Counted from the first letter of the stretch, positions 17,892 through 28,131 are shown. The stretch: DNA of 64,000 nt from a virus (IMGVR_UViG_3300033069_001588:1-64000); one strand, 5' to 3'. The notes: a model not told the origin generated them from the sequence alone. Program-made: numbers and translations.

Positions 17892-19406
17892 TTACGCTGT
17901 TGTCCCATTTGTTATAATTCCGGCGGTTTGTAAAATTGATAAAAGAGATACTAAAGCATCTCCGGATGCTCTAGAACCAGTTACAGTAGGTTTATCTCCT
18001 AGAGTTACAGTATTAGCACCGGATCTAATTTTAGCTACTCCAGATGATGAATAAAGCGCAAATCCGCCGCTAGGATTAGATATAGGCGCTGTTGTAGTAT
18101 TAGCAACATATAAACAAAGCTGACCATTAGCGCTACTTGCTGCTGGGGCATTCATGTTAAATCCAATGTTTCCACTAAAATTTGAACCAGATCCTGCTTT
18201 TAATGATAATCCACCACCTACGGCGCTACCTATAGTTGCAGTACCAGCAGTTAAAATTAAATTATCTCCTGCAGCTGTTCCATTATCTAATACTGATATG
18301 GTAAATTGACCTCCTTCGCCATGTAATACTGTTGGACCAGTAATATCAATTCCAAGAGGTGAATATATACTTACTGATGTTCCATTTGATGAGTCAACTT
18401 GTAAACCAGCAGTAATAAAAAAACTACCATCTGATGTTAAATTAACATCACCTGCACTAGTAAAAGTAATTGGTGTACCAGTTAAAGATAAAGTAGTTAC
18501 AGCATTTAAAGATATTTCACCAGATGACTCTATTGCTAATGACGAAGAAGTAATTTTACCATTAGGACTTAATGAATAAACTGCCTGAGTACTTCCAGAA
18601 CTATATGTAAAAGAATGACGATCTTGACCATTAAAGTTAAGGTCAATACGTCCTAAATTAGTAGTCTGCATCTCTACTTCAGGTGCTGCAACAACAGCTT
18701 TAGTACCAGCTATTACTTGTATATCTGCTCCTGAAGTAACTGTTACTGTCCCAGACACCGATCCTATACCTAAATTGCTTGAATCAGATAAGGCAATTAA
18801 AGTGCCAGTTTTTATTGTATTTGCAGTAATTTCATCTACTTCAAGTATAGGAGTAGCAATATAGCCATCAACTGTAAGATTTTGTGTTATTTGAAGATTA
18901 GTAAAACTAGCGCTAGGAACCCAATTAGTACCATTCCAAATTAAAGTCTGACCAATTATTGGAGCTATAGTAGAAATAGGATTTCCCCGAATACCAGAAA
19001 CATTTGGATTTGGAAGAGACCCAATTAAATCACCGCCAACAATATTGCTAAATACAGGCGTAAATGGAGACCACGATATTCCATTCCATCCTAAAACTTG
19101 ATTAAGTATTGGAGCAGCAGATGATAAAGGTCTACCATATAGAGATGTTACTTCAGTAGAGCTAAATGTACCAATCACATCACCGCTTAAATTAATGGCT
19201 GATACATTAGTAAGATTATCTTCTATTGTTTCCAATCTAGTTTTGATATTAGTGTATACAGAACTTGGTTTAGTTCCTAGCTCTGCCTCTATAGCTAATA
19301 CAGCATCTCTTAATCTATTGAAAATAATTCCATGAACAGGAGTTTGACCATCAATAGCTGTAGGTAAAGATAAAGTTGTATCTATTTGCGCAGGGTAATT
19401 TGACAT
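17892..19406 (-). CDS. tail fibre-like structural protein
   Basis: Duplicated GD.IG...V..(L/I).G.P.S..AP...Q.L.WNG..W.P repeats; Gly/Ser/Thr-rich beta-repeat composition. Confidence 0.7.
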   Translation of the reverse strand: MSNYPAQIDTTLSLPTAIDGQTPVHGIIFNRLRDAVLAIEAELGTKPSSVYTNIKTRLETIEDNLTNVSAINLSGDVIGTFSSTEVTSLYGRPLSSAAPILNQVLGWNGISWSPFTPVFSNIVGGDLIGSLPNPNVSGIRGNPISTIAPIIGQTLIWNGTNWVPSASFTNLQITQNLTVDGYIATPILEVDEITANTIKTGTLIALSDSSNLGIGSVSGTVTVTSGADIQVIAGTKAVVAAPEVEMQTTNLGRIDLNFNGQDRHSFTYSSGSTQAVYSLSPNGKITSSSLAIESSGEISLNAVTTLSLTGTPITFTSAGDVNLTSDGSFFITAGLQVDSSNGTSVSIYSPLGIDITGPTVLHGEGGQFTISVLDNGTAAGDNLILTAGTATIGSAVGGGLSLKAGSGSNFSGNIGFNMNAPAASSANGQLCLYVANTTTAPISNPSGGFALYSSSGVAKIRSGANTVTLGDKPTVTGSRASGDALVSLLSILQTAGIITNGTTA

Positions 19407-19608
19407 TGATCGCCTTATACAGTATTATTGAACATATTAGATAGTGTTGGAGTATATAAAGAATAACCATCATCTATATTTATAATGTATCCAGTGTGGT
19501 TATTGATCTTGAATGCCCTCATATTATATTATGTTATAAAACCTTAGAAACATCATTAAATGATATATCGATATTATAACTGGTATGTATTAGATATATA
19601 CTTTCTTT

Positions 19609-21435
19609 TTACACATCTCCCGGAACCATTTCAGCACTACTATTCGTATCACGAATTCCCGAACCAAGAGTAGATGTTACAGTGGAACCTATTTTGAATT
19701 TGTTTGTAGGCAATGTTCCTGAAAAAATTGGCGTTGTCGCAGAAGGATAATATATTCCTCCGCCCGGTCGCACATAAAACCCATTAGTAAGAGAAGGACT
19801 TTCTATTATTAAGAATTTAGATCCAATCACAAGATTGGATCTATTGAATACAATAATTGCATTATTGTTAACAGAATTTACGTGACTTACTACAAATGGA
19901 CCAACGGCACAAAACATACCCCCACCATCTGAGGCATTTCCAATAGAAAAAGTATTGCCATAAACCCAAGATCTAGTATAAGAATTCGCAGTAGCATTAT
20001 TTCTTACATCCAATAATGCTCCACCACCACTTTGCATTATAGTACCATACAAAGTTAAAAAACTATATGCTCTCAAATCATAAGTCGCACAGACAGTTAA
20101 TGATAATTGATTAACTCCGGGTTGCACATCACAGCCTCTAAGAATACATGCTATGCATGATACGGAACCAGAACCTATAGTTACACTATGATTTGATCCT
20201 ACAATTCCCATATCTACATCTTGAAAATAAATCCCGCCTCCGCTATTAAAAACCACAGGATTAGAGTTAATAACTATATTTCCACCTAATTTAGTCAATG
20301 TATATATTTGTATAGTATCGCCAACAATAGGTTCGGCAACTAAAGTAGTTGATTGATCAATAAAATTACCATTGAATACTCCAGTACTTGGAGTACGTAC
20401 AATTAATGTTTTTCTACCTATAGCAGAAGAGTTGGCGCTTGCGCTAATTCTAGCAAACATTCCTACATTTGAAGATAAATTAGGAGAACCCGTTAAAGTA
20501 TAAGCCCCGATAACACCTGTAATTTCATCCCATTGAGTAACGGAACTAATTATGTGGGTAGCTTGAATATTCTTTTGACCAATAAAAGCTATTCCGCCAT
20601 CATGTATGAAATTGAAGTTAAATGAATATTGTCTACCATCATTGAAATCACTCAATAAATTAACAAATACAATTCCAACAGTATTACCATCAATAGGTTG
20701 ATTTCCAATTCTATATTGTAATTCTTCTATACTAGCTAAAGCAGTTATGTTCGTTAATCCATCATTATTATCATTACCAACACTAGAAGACACATACCAA
20801 TTTAATACTTCACATGCTCCAGGCGCGCCAGCCGCAATATCTCTAATCCAAATACCAGATGGTGTGGCTGCAAAATATCTTAAATTATCCGCTATTATGG
20901 TACTATTTTTGTCCAATACGCAAGTCATGGATCTTGGGAAAGTTACCATAACTTTAGTGCCATTAAGAAAATATGTAGTGTCAGTATTAAGCATAGTGTT
21001 GACACTATTAAATACAATACTACTTTCACTTTGTGAAGCGGCAGGTATTACGGCAATACCTGAATTGATAGTTGTGTTTGGAGGAGGATATGTGTATAAG
21101 ACAGGTCCAATATAGCCTAAATTTGTCAAAATTACGACAGTGGGAGAACTAACAGTATTAACAGAATAATATCCTGCGCCTTGAACAAATACAATTTGTC
21201 CTTCAGACATCCAAGAGGTATCTGCTACATCAACATCAACTGAGTTGTATTGCGTTGGTTGAGTATATGGGGAGGTAACATATGTAAATGATGATATTCC
21301 GGCAGGACCTGCTGGACCAACTGGACCAACTAAACCAGGCGGTCCAGCAGGTCCTGTAATTTCAACATCCGAATCTAAAGTGTATTTAAATCCATCCCAC
21401 CTTAAATATCCGGGGTTTAATACATTACTACTCAT
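19609..21435 (-). CDS. tail fibre/tailspike-like protein with short collagen segment and probable beta-helix
   Basis: GPAGPPGLVGPVGPAGPAG; WYVSSSVGNDNNDG motif typical of beta-helix caps; beta-rich composition. Confidence 0.7.
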   Translation of the reverse strand: MSSNVLNPGYLRWDGFKYTLDSDVEITGPAGPPGLVGPVGPAGPAGISSFTYVTSPYTQPTQYNSVDVDVADTSWMSEGQIVFVQGAGYYSVNTVSSPTVVILTNLGYIGPVLYTYPPPNTTINSGIAVIPAASQSESSIVFNSVNTMLNTDTTYFLNGTKVMVTFPRSMTCVLDKNSTIIADNLRYFAATPSGIWIRDIAAGAPGACEVLNWYVSSSVGNDNNDGLTNITALASIEELQYRIGNQPIDGNTVGIVFVNLLSDFNDGRQYSFNFNFIHDGGIAFIGQKNIQATHIISSVTQWDEITGVIGAYTLTGSPNLSSNVGMFARISASANSSAIGRKTLIVRTPSTGVFNGNFIDQSTTLVAEPIVGDTIQIYTLTKLGGNIVINSNPVVFNSGGGIYFQDVDMGIVGSNHSVTIGSGSVSCIACILRGCDVQPGVNQLSLTVCATYDLRAYSFLTLYGTIMQSGGGALLDVRNNATANSYTRSWVYGNTFSIGNASDGGGMFCAVGPFVVSHVNSVNNNAIIVFNRSNLVIGSKFLIIESPSLTNGFYVRPGGGIYYPSATTPIFSGTLPTNKFKIGSTVTSTLGSGIRDTNSSAEMVPGDV

Positions 21436-21494
21436 TCGACCTCTCTTGAATTATACTCAAGAGAATATCAAAAATTTAGTATATATTAAATTAG

Positions 21495-22043
21495 TTAAGC
21501 GCGCAAAGACAAAATAGAATCTATTAATCTAACTCTTTCTTGCATACTGTCAGTATTAATTTGAAAATATCTTAATTGAAACATTTCGCATAAGAATTTA
21601 ACCTGCGCATCAATAGCGATAATTCCATCCCATGAAAGAGATTCTCTGATTCCATCTTCTTTTAATGTAACTTTAGATGGTCTAACAAAAAAAATATATG
21701 AATCAGGACTTTTCAAATCATTAATATATAATTCTAATTCTTTTGATTTCAATAATTTAGGAAGTATACGAGAATGCTGGGCGGCATAAGCCAAACAATC
21801 AAAACTTCTATCTGAAACAAAACTATCATATTTATTTTCTTGTTCAACTTGTCTGTTGAATATATTAAATTGATAATCGTCCACGACATCTAGATTAGTT
21901 CTCAAAGAATCTAGATGTAGTTCTTTCTCAGATAGAATCATACGAGCCACTTCTGTAATCATAGGCACATCATATTTTTCAGAAACATAACGTGCTAATG
22001 TTGTTTTTCCGCAACTGTGTGCGCCGCATATATACACTTTCAT
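21495..22043 (-). CDS. P-loop NTPase/kinase (AAA_28/NadR-type)
   Basis: GAHSCGKTT, EVAR, SDRS..D..AY, EDGIR. Confidence 0.82.
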   Translation of the reverse strand: MKVYICGAHSCGKTTLARYVSEKYDVPMITEVARMILSEKELHLDSLRTNLDVVDDYQFNIFNRQVEQENKYDSFVSDRSFDCLAYAAQHSRILPKLLKSKELELYINDLKSPDSYIFFVRPSKVTLKEDGIRESLSWDGIIAIDAQVKFLCEMFQLRYFQINTDSMQERVRLIDSILSLRA

Positions 22044-22888
22044 TTTATTAAACCTTTCACTAAATTATATTTTCTATCCATATGGATGGTTGAATTTTCA
22101 TACAAAAAATTAGAAATTTTTTCTACGTGACCATTACCAGAATATTTTAGTTGATCTATTCCATTATTGAATTTGGGAATTGAATTTGTTGCTATTTTTT
22201 TATGAGAAAGTATATCTTTAAAAGAATATAAAAATGATTCAGTTCCACGAAGCGCAAATGTCATTTTACTATAAATTTTTAAACCATATTTTTTGGTTAA
22301 CCTATTTTCTGAAGTTGTGTAAAATGAGCCATCACCATCAACATAACCTCTCATATAATGGTTAACTAATGGATGAGATTTTAACCATTCTGGAAATTCA
22401 TACGTTAAACTTTTTTTAGGACCAATTCCAAATCTTTTTAAATCATTGATAATTTGTTTTGAATAAATATCTATTCTGCATTGCTCAACATCATTCCATT
22501 TTTTATTTAATTTAGAATGTTTCGCTACAGTTATTTTAATTGGTCCTGTAAATTGCAATATATTTTTAATTTTCAATAAAAAATCTTCATCTTTTCTTGA
22601 TAAACATATTGATATATAATTAGGATCGTAACTTTTATTTCTATTTATACTGCCATCAGCAGCAATAAATCCAGCCAAATAAAAACTTTCTTCTATATCA
22701 GTACTAAATAAACTATGATTTACATCATAACTTATTTTTGGTGTAGTTTTTATGTCGAAGATTTTACAATATCTCTCAACGGTTGATCGTGGAATATGAT
22801 ATTTCTCCGCGATCAATTTAAAATTACCTAATTCTGAATAATCTTTTTCCAACACTTCTTTAGTTAACCATTCATATTTGTTCGACAT
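22040..22888 (-). CDS. free-standing LAGLIDADG homing endonuclease with N-terminal HTH
   Basis: YLAGFIAADG and YMRGYVDGDG. Confidence 0.87.
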   Translation of the reverse strand: MSNKYEWLTKEVLEKDYSELGNFKLIAEKYHIPRSTVERYCKIFDIKTTPKISYDVNHSLFSTDIEESFYLAGFIAADGSINRNKSYDPNYISICLSRKDEDFLLKIKNILQFTGPIKITVAKHSKLNKKWNDVEQCRIDIYSKQIINDLKRFGIGPKKSLTYEFPEWLKSHPLVNHYMRGYVDGDGSFYTTSENRLTKKYGLKIYSKMTFALRGTESFLYSFKDILSHKKIATNSIPKFNNGIDQLKYSGNGHVEKISNFLYENSTIHMDRKYNLVKGLIK

Positions 22889-22947
22889 ACGATCTCCTTA
22901 ATCATAATATCAAATTATTGGTAGCTGTTCTACCGGAAAAACTAAAT

Positions 22948-23376
22948 TCACCAAAATACTTTCAATTTTATGGCTCGTGAAATTAAATTAGGATCGATAG
23001 AAAAAATATCAATATATTTTTTGAATGGTTTTATCTGTTCGGCAGACATTCCATGCATAAATCCACCTAACAATTCTTCAATGACAATATCATAATCTTT
23101 TCTAGATGTTCCAATACAACAAATATCACCTAGTCTATGTAAAATGGATTTTCCGTATATTTGTATTGAATCCTGATTTTCTTCTTCAGATTCATAAATA
23201 ATGATAATATCTTCTTGTTTCCACTGTGAGCGATGCATGTGCGGCGCATTTGGTATAAAATATATTTTTGAAGTGTCTATATTAAAATCAAAAATAGTTT
23301 TATGAAACATTAGTGTGCTTAAAACTAAATTAATACATCTCATTTCAGCATCTTGTTGTTTCCAATTTAAATCCAT
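22948..23376 (-). CDS. hypothetical protein with LKAFW-type tag
   Basis: Ends SRAIKLKVFW. Confidence 0.72.
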   Translation of the reverse strand: MDLNWKQQDAEMRCINLVLSTLMFHKTIFDFNIDTSKIYFIPNAPHMHRSQWKQEDIIIIYESEEENQDSIQIYGKSILHRLGDICCIGTSRKDYDIVIEELLGGFMHGMSAEQIKPFKKYIDIFSIDPNLISRAIKLKVFW

Positions 23377-23384
23377 AAATTTCC

Positions 23385-23867
23385 TTATACGAACGCCTTT
23401 AGCTTTTCAAATTTTTGTAGAATGTAGAGAGTTTCATCTTCACTTAACGTGAACACCATTAAGTACACGTCTTTGTATTCATCGCCATGAGGACAATCAT
23501 AATCATTTGCAAATTGATAATCGACATAATATATGGGTATTTTGTCTTTACCATACTTTTCATAAATAGATCCTGACCAACCTCTTTTATTCAAACATTG
23601 TAATATATCTTTGCCAGCATTTACTTTATCTTGAGTCTTGTAGATAGCGGTAATACAGAAATTTTCATCAAATTTCTTATGAAAATCTACAAACTCTTTT
23701 AGATATCCATAAGTAATAGGCTTTCTATTTTTTAACAAATCAGTAATGGATAATGATTCTGTCAGTAAATACTTAGATGTTAACTCTCGCCATAAATCTT
23801 TGGCTTTTTCTTCAGCCTTTTGATTTATGAATTCATCATTGTGTTTCAGTGATTTACGTCTGGACAT
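23385..23867 (-). CDS. hypothetical protein with LKAFW-type tag
   Basis: Ends QKFEKLKAFV. Confidence 0.72.
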   Translation of the reverse strand: MSRRKSLKHNDEFINQKAEEKAKDLWRELTSKYLLTESLSITDLLKNRKPITYGYLKEFVDFHKKFDENFCITAIYKTQDKVNAGKDILQCLNKRGWSGSIYEKYGKDKIPIYYVDYQFANDYDCPHGDEYKDVYLMVFTLSEDETLYILQKFEKLKAFV

Positions 23868-24027
23868 CTGAAATTAGCTTCTTGAAATCTTCAATTGATA
23901 GTTCAACTGAATTAGTAATCTTCTTCAACGGATTATCATAATCTTTGGCGGAAACAATAATAACTATCTTACCATCTTCCGATTTATGACAATCTATATA
24001 GCTTTTATCATCGAATTGAATTTTCAT
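23854..24027 (-). CDS. 57-aa hypothetical protein
   Basis: Manual translation MKIQFDDKSYIDCHKSEDGKIVIIVSAKD...LISDVQT; fills gap. Confidence 0.65.
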   Translation of the reverse strand: MKIQFDDKSYIDCHKSEDGKIVIIVSAKDYDNPLKKITNSVELSIEDFKKLISDVQT

Positions 24028-24033
24028 AATGTC

Positions 24034-24363
24034 TCACAAGAATAGCTTAAGCTTTTTGAATCTATTCCATCTATGCCAAAAATCTTTTACATCTGCACAA
24101 ATAACATGTTTCTCTTTGTTATCAGGTAATTGATACAGCCAAGGATATAAATGACTAGACCAAATAATAGACGGAAATGTTGTAGCTCCCACTTGTCGTC
24201 CTTTAACAATTACCTTGATATTGGGATCAGGTTTGAAAACTTTCTTGGGAATAGGTATAAAGAAATTCTTTCTTTCACAGGGCAAAAGTTTCATAAACTC
24301 AATCCACAATTCATGAGGGTATCTTTCTATTTCTTGTTTGATTTCAATCCACGGATCATTCAT
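24034..24363 (-). CDS. hypothetical protein with terminase-like Walker A fragment and LKAFW-type tag
   Basis: ATGA-coupled start at 24363; VIVKGRQVGATT; ends DFWHRWNRFKKLKLFL. Confidence 0.68.
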   Translation of the reverse strand: MNDPWIEIKQEIERYPHELWIEFMKLLPCERKNFFIPIPKKVFKPDPNIKVIVKGRQVGATTFPSIIWSSHLYPWLYQLPDNKEKHVICADVKDFWHRWNRFKKLKLFL

Positions 24364-24719
24364 ACAAATGACCTCACTCTGGAAAACTTTTTCCATCTCT
24401 TCCAAAATTCTTCTGGAGTCTCATATCTAATATGTTCAGTCGTATATTCTTCTTTTATCGTTTTTAATTCTACACCTTGATTTTTAGCAACCTTCATCTT
24501 GACAGCAATAATATTTTGCTCAGTTACATACTCTTTGTTTCTTACTTCTATGGTATGCGCCGGATTCTTACAAGGGAAAAGCTCTTCGAATTTTCTTATG
24601 ATTTTCCAGGAGACTTTAGACAATTCTTCGTCGATGAGCCTATTCGCTCTGCGTGCCTCACGATGCTCTTCGCCATACTTTTCGTCATCTTCTGTATAAA
24701 TTACAACATCATCAGCCAT
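24360..24719 (-). CDS. hypothetical protein with LKAFW-type tag variant
   Basis: Ends EFWKRWKKFSRVRSFV. Confidence 0.68.
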   Translation of the reverse strand: MADDVVIYTEDDEKYGEEHREARRANRLIDEELSKVSWKIIRKFEELFPCKNPAHTIEVRNKEYVTEQNIIAVKMKVAKNQGVELKTIKEEYTTEHIRYETPEEFWKRWKKFSRVRSFV

Positions 24720-25069
24720 GTCAACACCTTATTCCTTACATTTGTTGGGGAAATTGCTAAACATTGATCGTACGAATATATTACGCCACCCTGAACCAAA
24801 TTGGTTTTGTTCTTCAATAAATCTAATTCAACGGTGTAATTCTTTTCGTTACTTTGGGTATCAATTTCTATTCTAACCAGAATATCATTCAATCCAATAT
24901 ACTGACAACTACAAGATTTACAATAGTAATATGATTTGATCGGTGATAGTAGATGAGCTTTTATACTGTTTTTACAGTACAAACAATCAAAATACTTACC
25001 CTTTCTTTCTTTGATTTTATCTGGAGAATTATTTTCTCCAGATACAAATACTAAATCAGATTCCATCAT
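24701..25069 (-). CDS. zinc-ribbon hypothetical protein
   Basis: CLYC...CKSC; hydrophobic C-terminus KVLTWLMML. Confidence 0.65.
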   Translation of the reverse strand: MMESDLVFVSGENNSPDKIKERKGKYFDCLYCKNSIKAHLLSPIKSYYYCKSCSCQYIGLNDILVRIEIDTQSNEKNYTVELDLLKNKTNLVQGGVIYSYDQCLAISPTNVRNKVLTWLMML

Positions 25070-25859
25070 CTCTCCTTGTGATTATTTCTACCCTATCTTC
25101 ATGAACAAACACAGAATGTTCAAAGTGGGCACTGATATTTTGTGCCCATACTGTCCATCCATCTTTATCAACATAAGTATAGGTATCTCCAATCACCAAC
25201 ATGGGTTCAATAGCAATAGCTAAACCTGGTTGAATTCTAATACCTTGTTCTGGATCAGCTTTATTATCCACAAATGGGGCAGCATGCGGATGATTCCAAT
25301 CCAACCCGTGTCCACCATACTTAGTAATCAATCCAAAACCATATTTCTTATTAGTTTTGGAAATAGCATTCCCAATACATCCTAATTTCTTGTTTACTTG
25401 AATGGCGTTTATTCCTGCCATTAAAGCTTCTTCCGTAGCCTGAAGAAGTAATATGTGAACTGAAGATTTAGGCTCTCCAAAAATACATGTGATAGCAGAA
25501 TCAGCTATAGCTCCCTTATGAGTTGCGCCCAAATCAAAACTAACTACATCACCGTCTTGTAGATGATAGTCTGTGGGGATACCGTGAACTAATTGTTTAT
25601 TGACAGAAATACAAACTCCTGCCGGAAATCCCTTGTATCCTTTGAAAGTTAATTCGCAATCCTGATCAAGAATAAACTGTTCTGCCAATTTATTCATTTC
25701 TATTAGAGATAGATCGTTTTTGGATTTAACTAAATCTTGTAATAACAAAAGGGCGCCAGCTACTACCTTGCCGGCAACCCTTTGTTTTTCAAGCCAATCC
25801 CGATCTTTGAGTGTAACAAAACTATCGGGGGCGAATGCCCCATGGGACGAGATTCTCAT
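25056..25859 (-). CDS. map: methionine aminopeptidase type I
   Basis: FKGYKGFP, CISVN..VHGIP, D.G...AIADSA, GHG, IEPM, SAHFEH. Confidence 0.95.
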   Translation of the reverse strand: MRISSHGAFAPDSFVTLKDRDWLEKQRVAGKVVAGALLLLQDLVKSKNDLSLIEMNKLAEQFILDQDCELTFKGYKGFPAGVCISVNKQLVHGIPTDYHLQDGDVVSFDLGATHKGAIADSAITCIFGEPKSSVHILLLQATEEALMAGINAIQVNKKLGCIGNAISKTNKKYGFGLITKYGGHGLDWNHPHAAPFVDNKADPEQGIRIQPGLAIAIEPMLVIGDTYTYVDKDGWTVWAQNISAHFEHSVFVHEDRVEIITRRDDGI

Positions 25860-25884
25860 TTCAACTTACCTTAAATGAAAGATC

Positions 25885-26130
25885 TTACTTTTTGAGACCT
25901 GATTTGATATTTGTGATACGAACTACATCTTCAATCGCTTGCTTAACGCCTTGATATCCAATGTAATCCTTGAATTCAGGACCTTTCAAGATTCCAACAA
26001 TTTTTTTATCTAAAAGAATAAGCATACCATTTAATTCATTTACTGTTGGTCTATCTAAAGTCATGTTACCAGTAGAATTCACTACATATTGTCTGATGGC
26101 TATAAGCTCAGTTAATTCTTTGAGGTCCAT
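25885..26130 (-). CDS. hypothetical protein
   Basis: 81-aa ORF in run. Confidence 0.7.
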   Translation of the reverse strand: MDLKELTELIAIRQYVVNSTGNMTLDRPTVNELNGMLILLDKKIVGILKGPEFKDYIGYQGVKQAIEDVVRITNIKSGLKK

Positions 26131-26132
26131 TA

Positions 26133-26405
26133 TTAAGCCTTTGGTACTGCTCCACCTTTGATAATCTCGCCGGCTTCGGTAATAGCATCTGCTTCTGTCA
26201 AACCATACTTCATATAAAGTTGAAGAACCATATATTTATATGCTAATTCTGAAGTTTCATTTTGAGCTAACGCCTTTTCAGCATTAGCTAAAGCCACCTT
26301 ACGATTAGCTTTAGCTAATTCCAAAGTCATTCTATCTACTTCTTGCAATTTAGGTGTCGCTACTTGTTCAACCACTACTGGTGTATCTTTCTCTTCTGAA
26401 GTCAT
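26133..26405 (-). CDS. hypothetical coiled-coil protein
   Basis: 90-aa Ala/Glu-rich helical ORF. Confidence 0.7.
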   Translation of the reverse strand: MTSEEKDTPVVVEQVATPKLQEVDRMTLELAKANRKVALANAEKALAQNETSELAYKYMVLQLYMKYGLTEADAITEAGEIIKGGAVPKA

Positions 26406-26416
26406 CTTAAAACCCT

Positions 26417-27742
26417 TTACAAAATTTCTGCTGCCTTAGATGCCAACTTGCTTCTTTCGCCCTGAACGAAAGTAACGTGTCCTGCTAATTCAGAATCCTT
26501 AAACTTTTCAATTACATAAGTTAAGCCGTTACTAGTGGCATCCAACGATGAATTATCAATTTGCTCTATATCGCCAGTTAAGATTATTTTTGTACCCTCA
26601 CCAGCACGTGTTAAGATAGTCTTGACTTCATCTTTCGTCAAGTTCTGGCACTCATCAATCAAAATGATTGAATTTGGAATGCTTCTTCCGCGAATATAGG
26701 TAATTGCTTCCATCTCAATGGCGCCCTTTTTATGGAACATTTCTAAGTCTTTTTTCCAATCATGAGAGCCGCCCTTGGCTGATTTGTTAGCAAATAAGAA
26801 TTCAAAGTTATCCATGACAGCTTGGAACCAAGGAGCCAATTTCTCTTCCATAGTACCAGGAAGATATCCAATGTCATTACCAACTGGTTGAATTGGTCTA
26901 TAGATAACAAACTTTTCGTACTCTTTTCTATTCAATACCAATTCAAGAGCAGTAGCTAATACCATTAAGCTTTTACCTGTACCAGCTTTACCAATTAAAG
27001 TTACTAAATCAACACTTCTATCCATCATTAAATCAACAGCAAATGACTGCTCTTTGTTTCTAGATGAAATACCCCATGGAAAATGCTTCTTCAAAAGCTT
27101 AACTTTATCGCCCGGCATCTTGCGACCCATAGCAATACCATCGCCCTGTTCATTTTGAAATAGAATGCATTCGTGTGGATGCAACTCGGTTAGACCAAAG
27201 TCTTTTGGATTTATAGCGCCAAATTGTTGAATAGCATATCCAGCCTCTTCATTAACTATTGTTTGAAGACCGGTGTATAGCTCGCTTAGAGAATACTTAA
27301 CATCTTCATGAGACTGAGCATCTACGCCTCTGGATTTAGCTTTAATTCTTAGATTGATATCATTACTTACTAAGGTTACATCACGAAATGGGTGTTCTTT
27401 CCAAGTAATATACAAACAAGCTAAAATCTGAGTATCTCCATAATCGGGATCTCCAAATCCAGCAAAGGTTGGATTACCTAAATCATAATAAGTGGCATCT
27501 ATTTTCAATAAAGCATCATTATCTAATAATATTCCGGTGCTGATATCTCCTAAATTAGAGATTTCATCTATCATACGAGAAGCAACTCTTGCATTTTTAC
27601 CAGCTTCATTAAGCTGTTTTTTCAACTTATCTAGTTCAGTCAACACAGCAATAGGAATAACAACATCGCTGTGTGAAAAATGCTTGTAAGCGCCCGGGTC
27701 TTGAATCAATGCGGATGTATCTAAGACGTATGTTTTTCTCAT
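26417..27742 (-). CDS. phoH: PIN-domain + PhoH ATPase (PhoH2-type)
   Basis: YVLDTS, ELDKLK, SNDINLR (PIN); GKAGTGKS, IGYLPG, IRGRS, IDECQN, LTRAG, GDIEQID; TAATG-coupled start at 27742. Confidence 0.92.
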   Translation of the reverse strand: MRKTYVLDTSALIQDPGAYKHFSHSDVVIPIAVLTELDKLKKQLNEAGKNARVASRMIDEISNLGDISTGILLDNDALLKIDATYYDLGNPTFAGFGDPDYGDTQILACLYITWKEHPFRDVTLVSNDINLRIKAKSRGVDAQSHEDVKYSLSELYTGLQTIVNEEAGYAIQQFGAINPKDFGLTELHPHECILFQNEQGDGIAMGRKMPGDKVKLLKKHFPWGISSRNKEQSFAVDLMMDRSVDLVTLIGKAGTGKSLMVLATALELVLNRKEYEKFVIYRPIQPVGNDIGYLPGTMEEKLAPWFQAVMDNFEFLFANKSAKGGSHDWKKDLEMFHKKGAIEMEAITYIRGRSIPNSIILIDECQNLTKDEVKTILTRAGEGTKIILTGDIEQIDNSSLDATSNGLTYVIEKFKDSELAGHVTFVQGERSKLASKAAEIL

Positions 27743-28131
27743 TAAAGGTTCTCTTCTATGGTTTCTTCTTGTTCTTCGAATAGTGACCAACAATTAATAT
27801 CCATTTCTAAATATAATTGCTTCTTAGGATCAATTTGACTAAGATCCCTTTTTAACTTATAATTACACCTACGCCACTCTCCAACTAACTCTTTTTCAAC
27901 GTACACTGCTAAGTATCCGTCTGAATCATCTATAACTTGGATAGCGTAATTAGAGAGTATACTTCTCAATTTCATTTTTTGTTCAATAGATAATGTTAAT
28001 TCATCTTCTTTCCAAAATTCTTTAATTGGAAGACCCATTTCCTCCAGCAGATATCGAAGAAATCTATTTTTCTCTTCTTTCTCAATCTGCTGGAGATTTT
28101 CATTGTATTTGAGTTGGATGATAGCTTGCAT
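27742..28131 (-). CDS. hypothetical protein
   Basis: 129-aa ORF. Confidence 0.7.
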   Translation of the reverse strand: MQAIIQLKYNENLQQIEKEEKNRFLRYLLEEMGLPIKEFWKEDELTLSIEQKMKLRSILSNYAIQVIDDSDGYLAVYVEKELVGEWRRCNYKLKRDLSQIDPKKQLYLEMDINCWSLFEEQEETIEENL

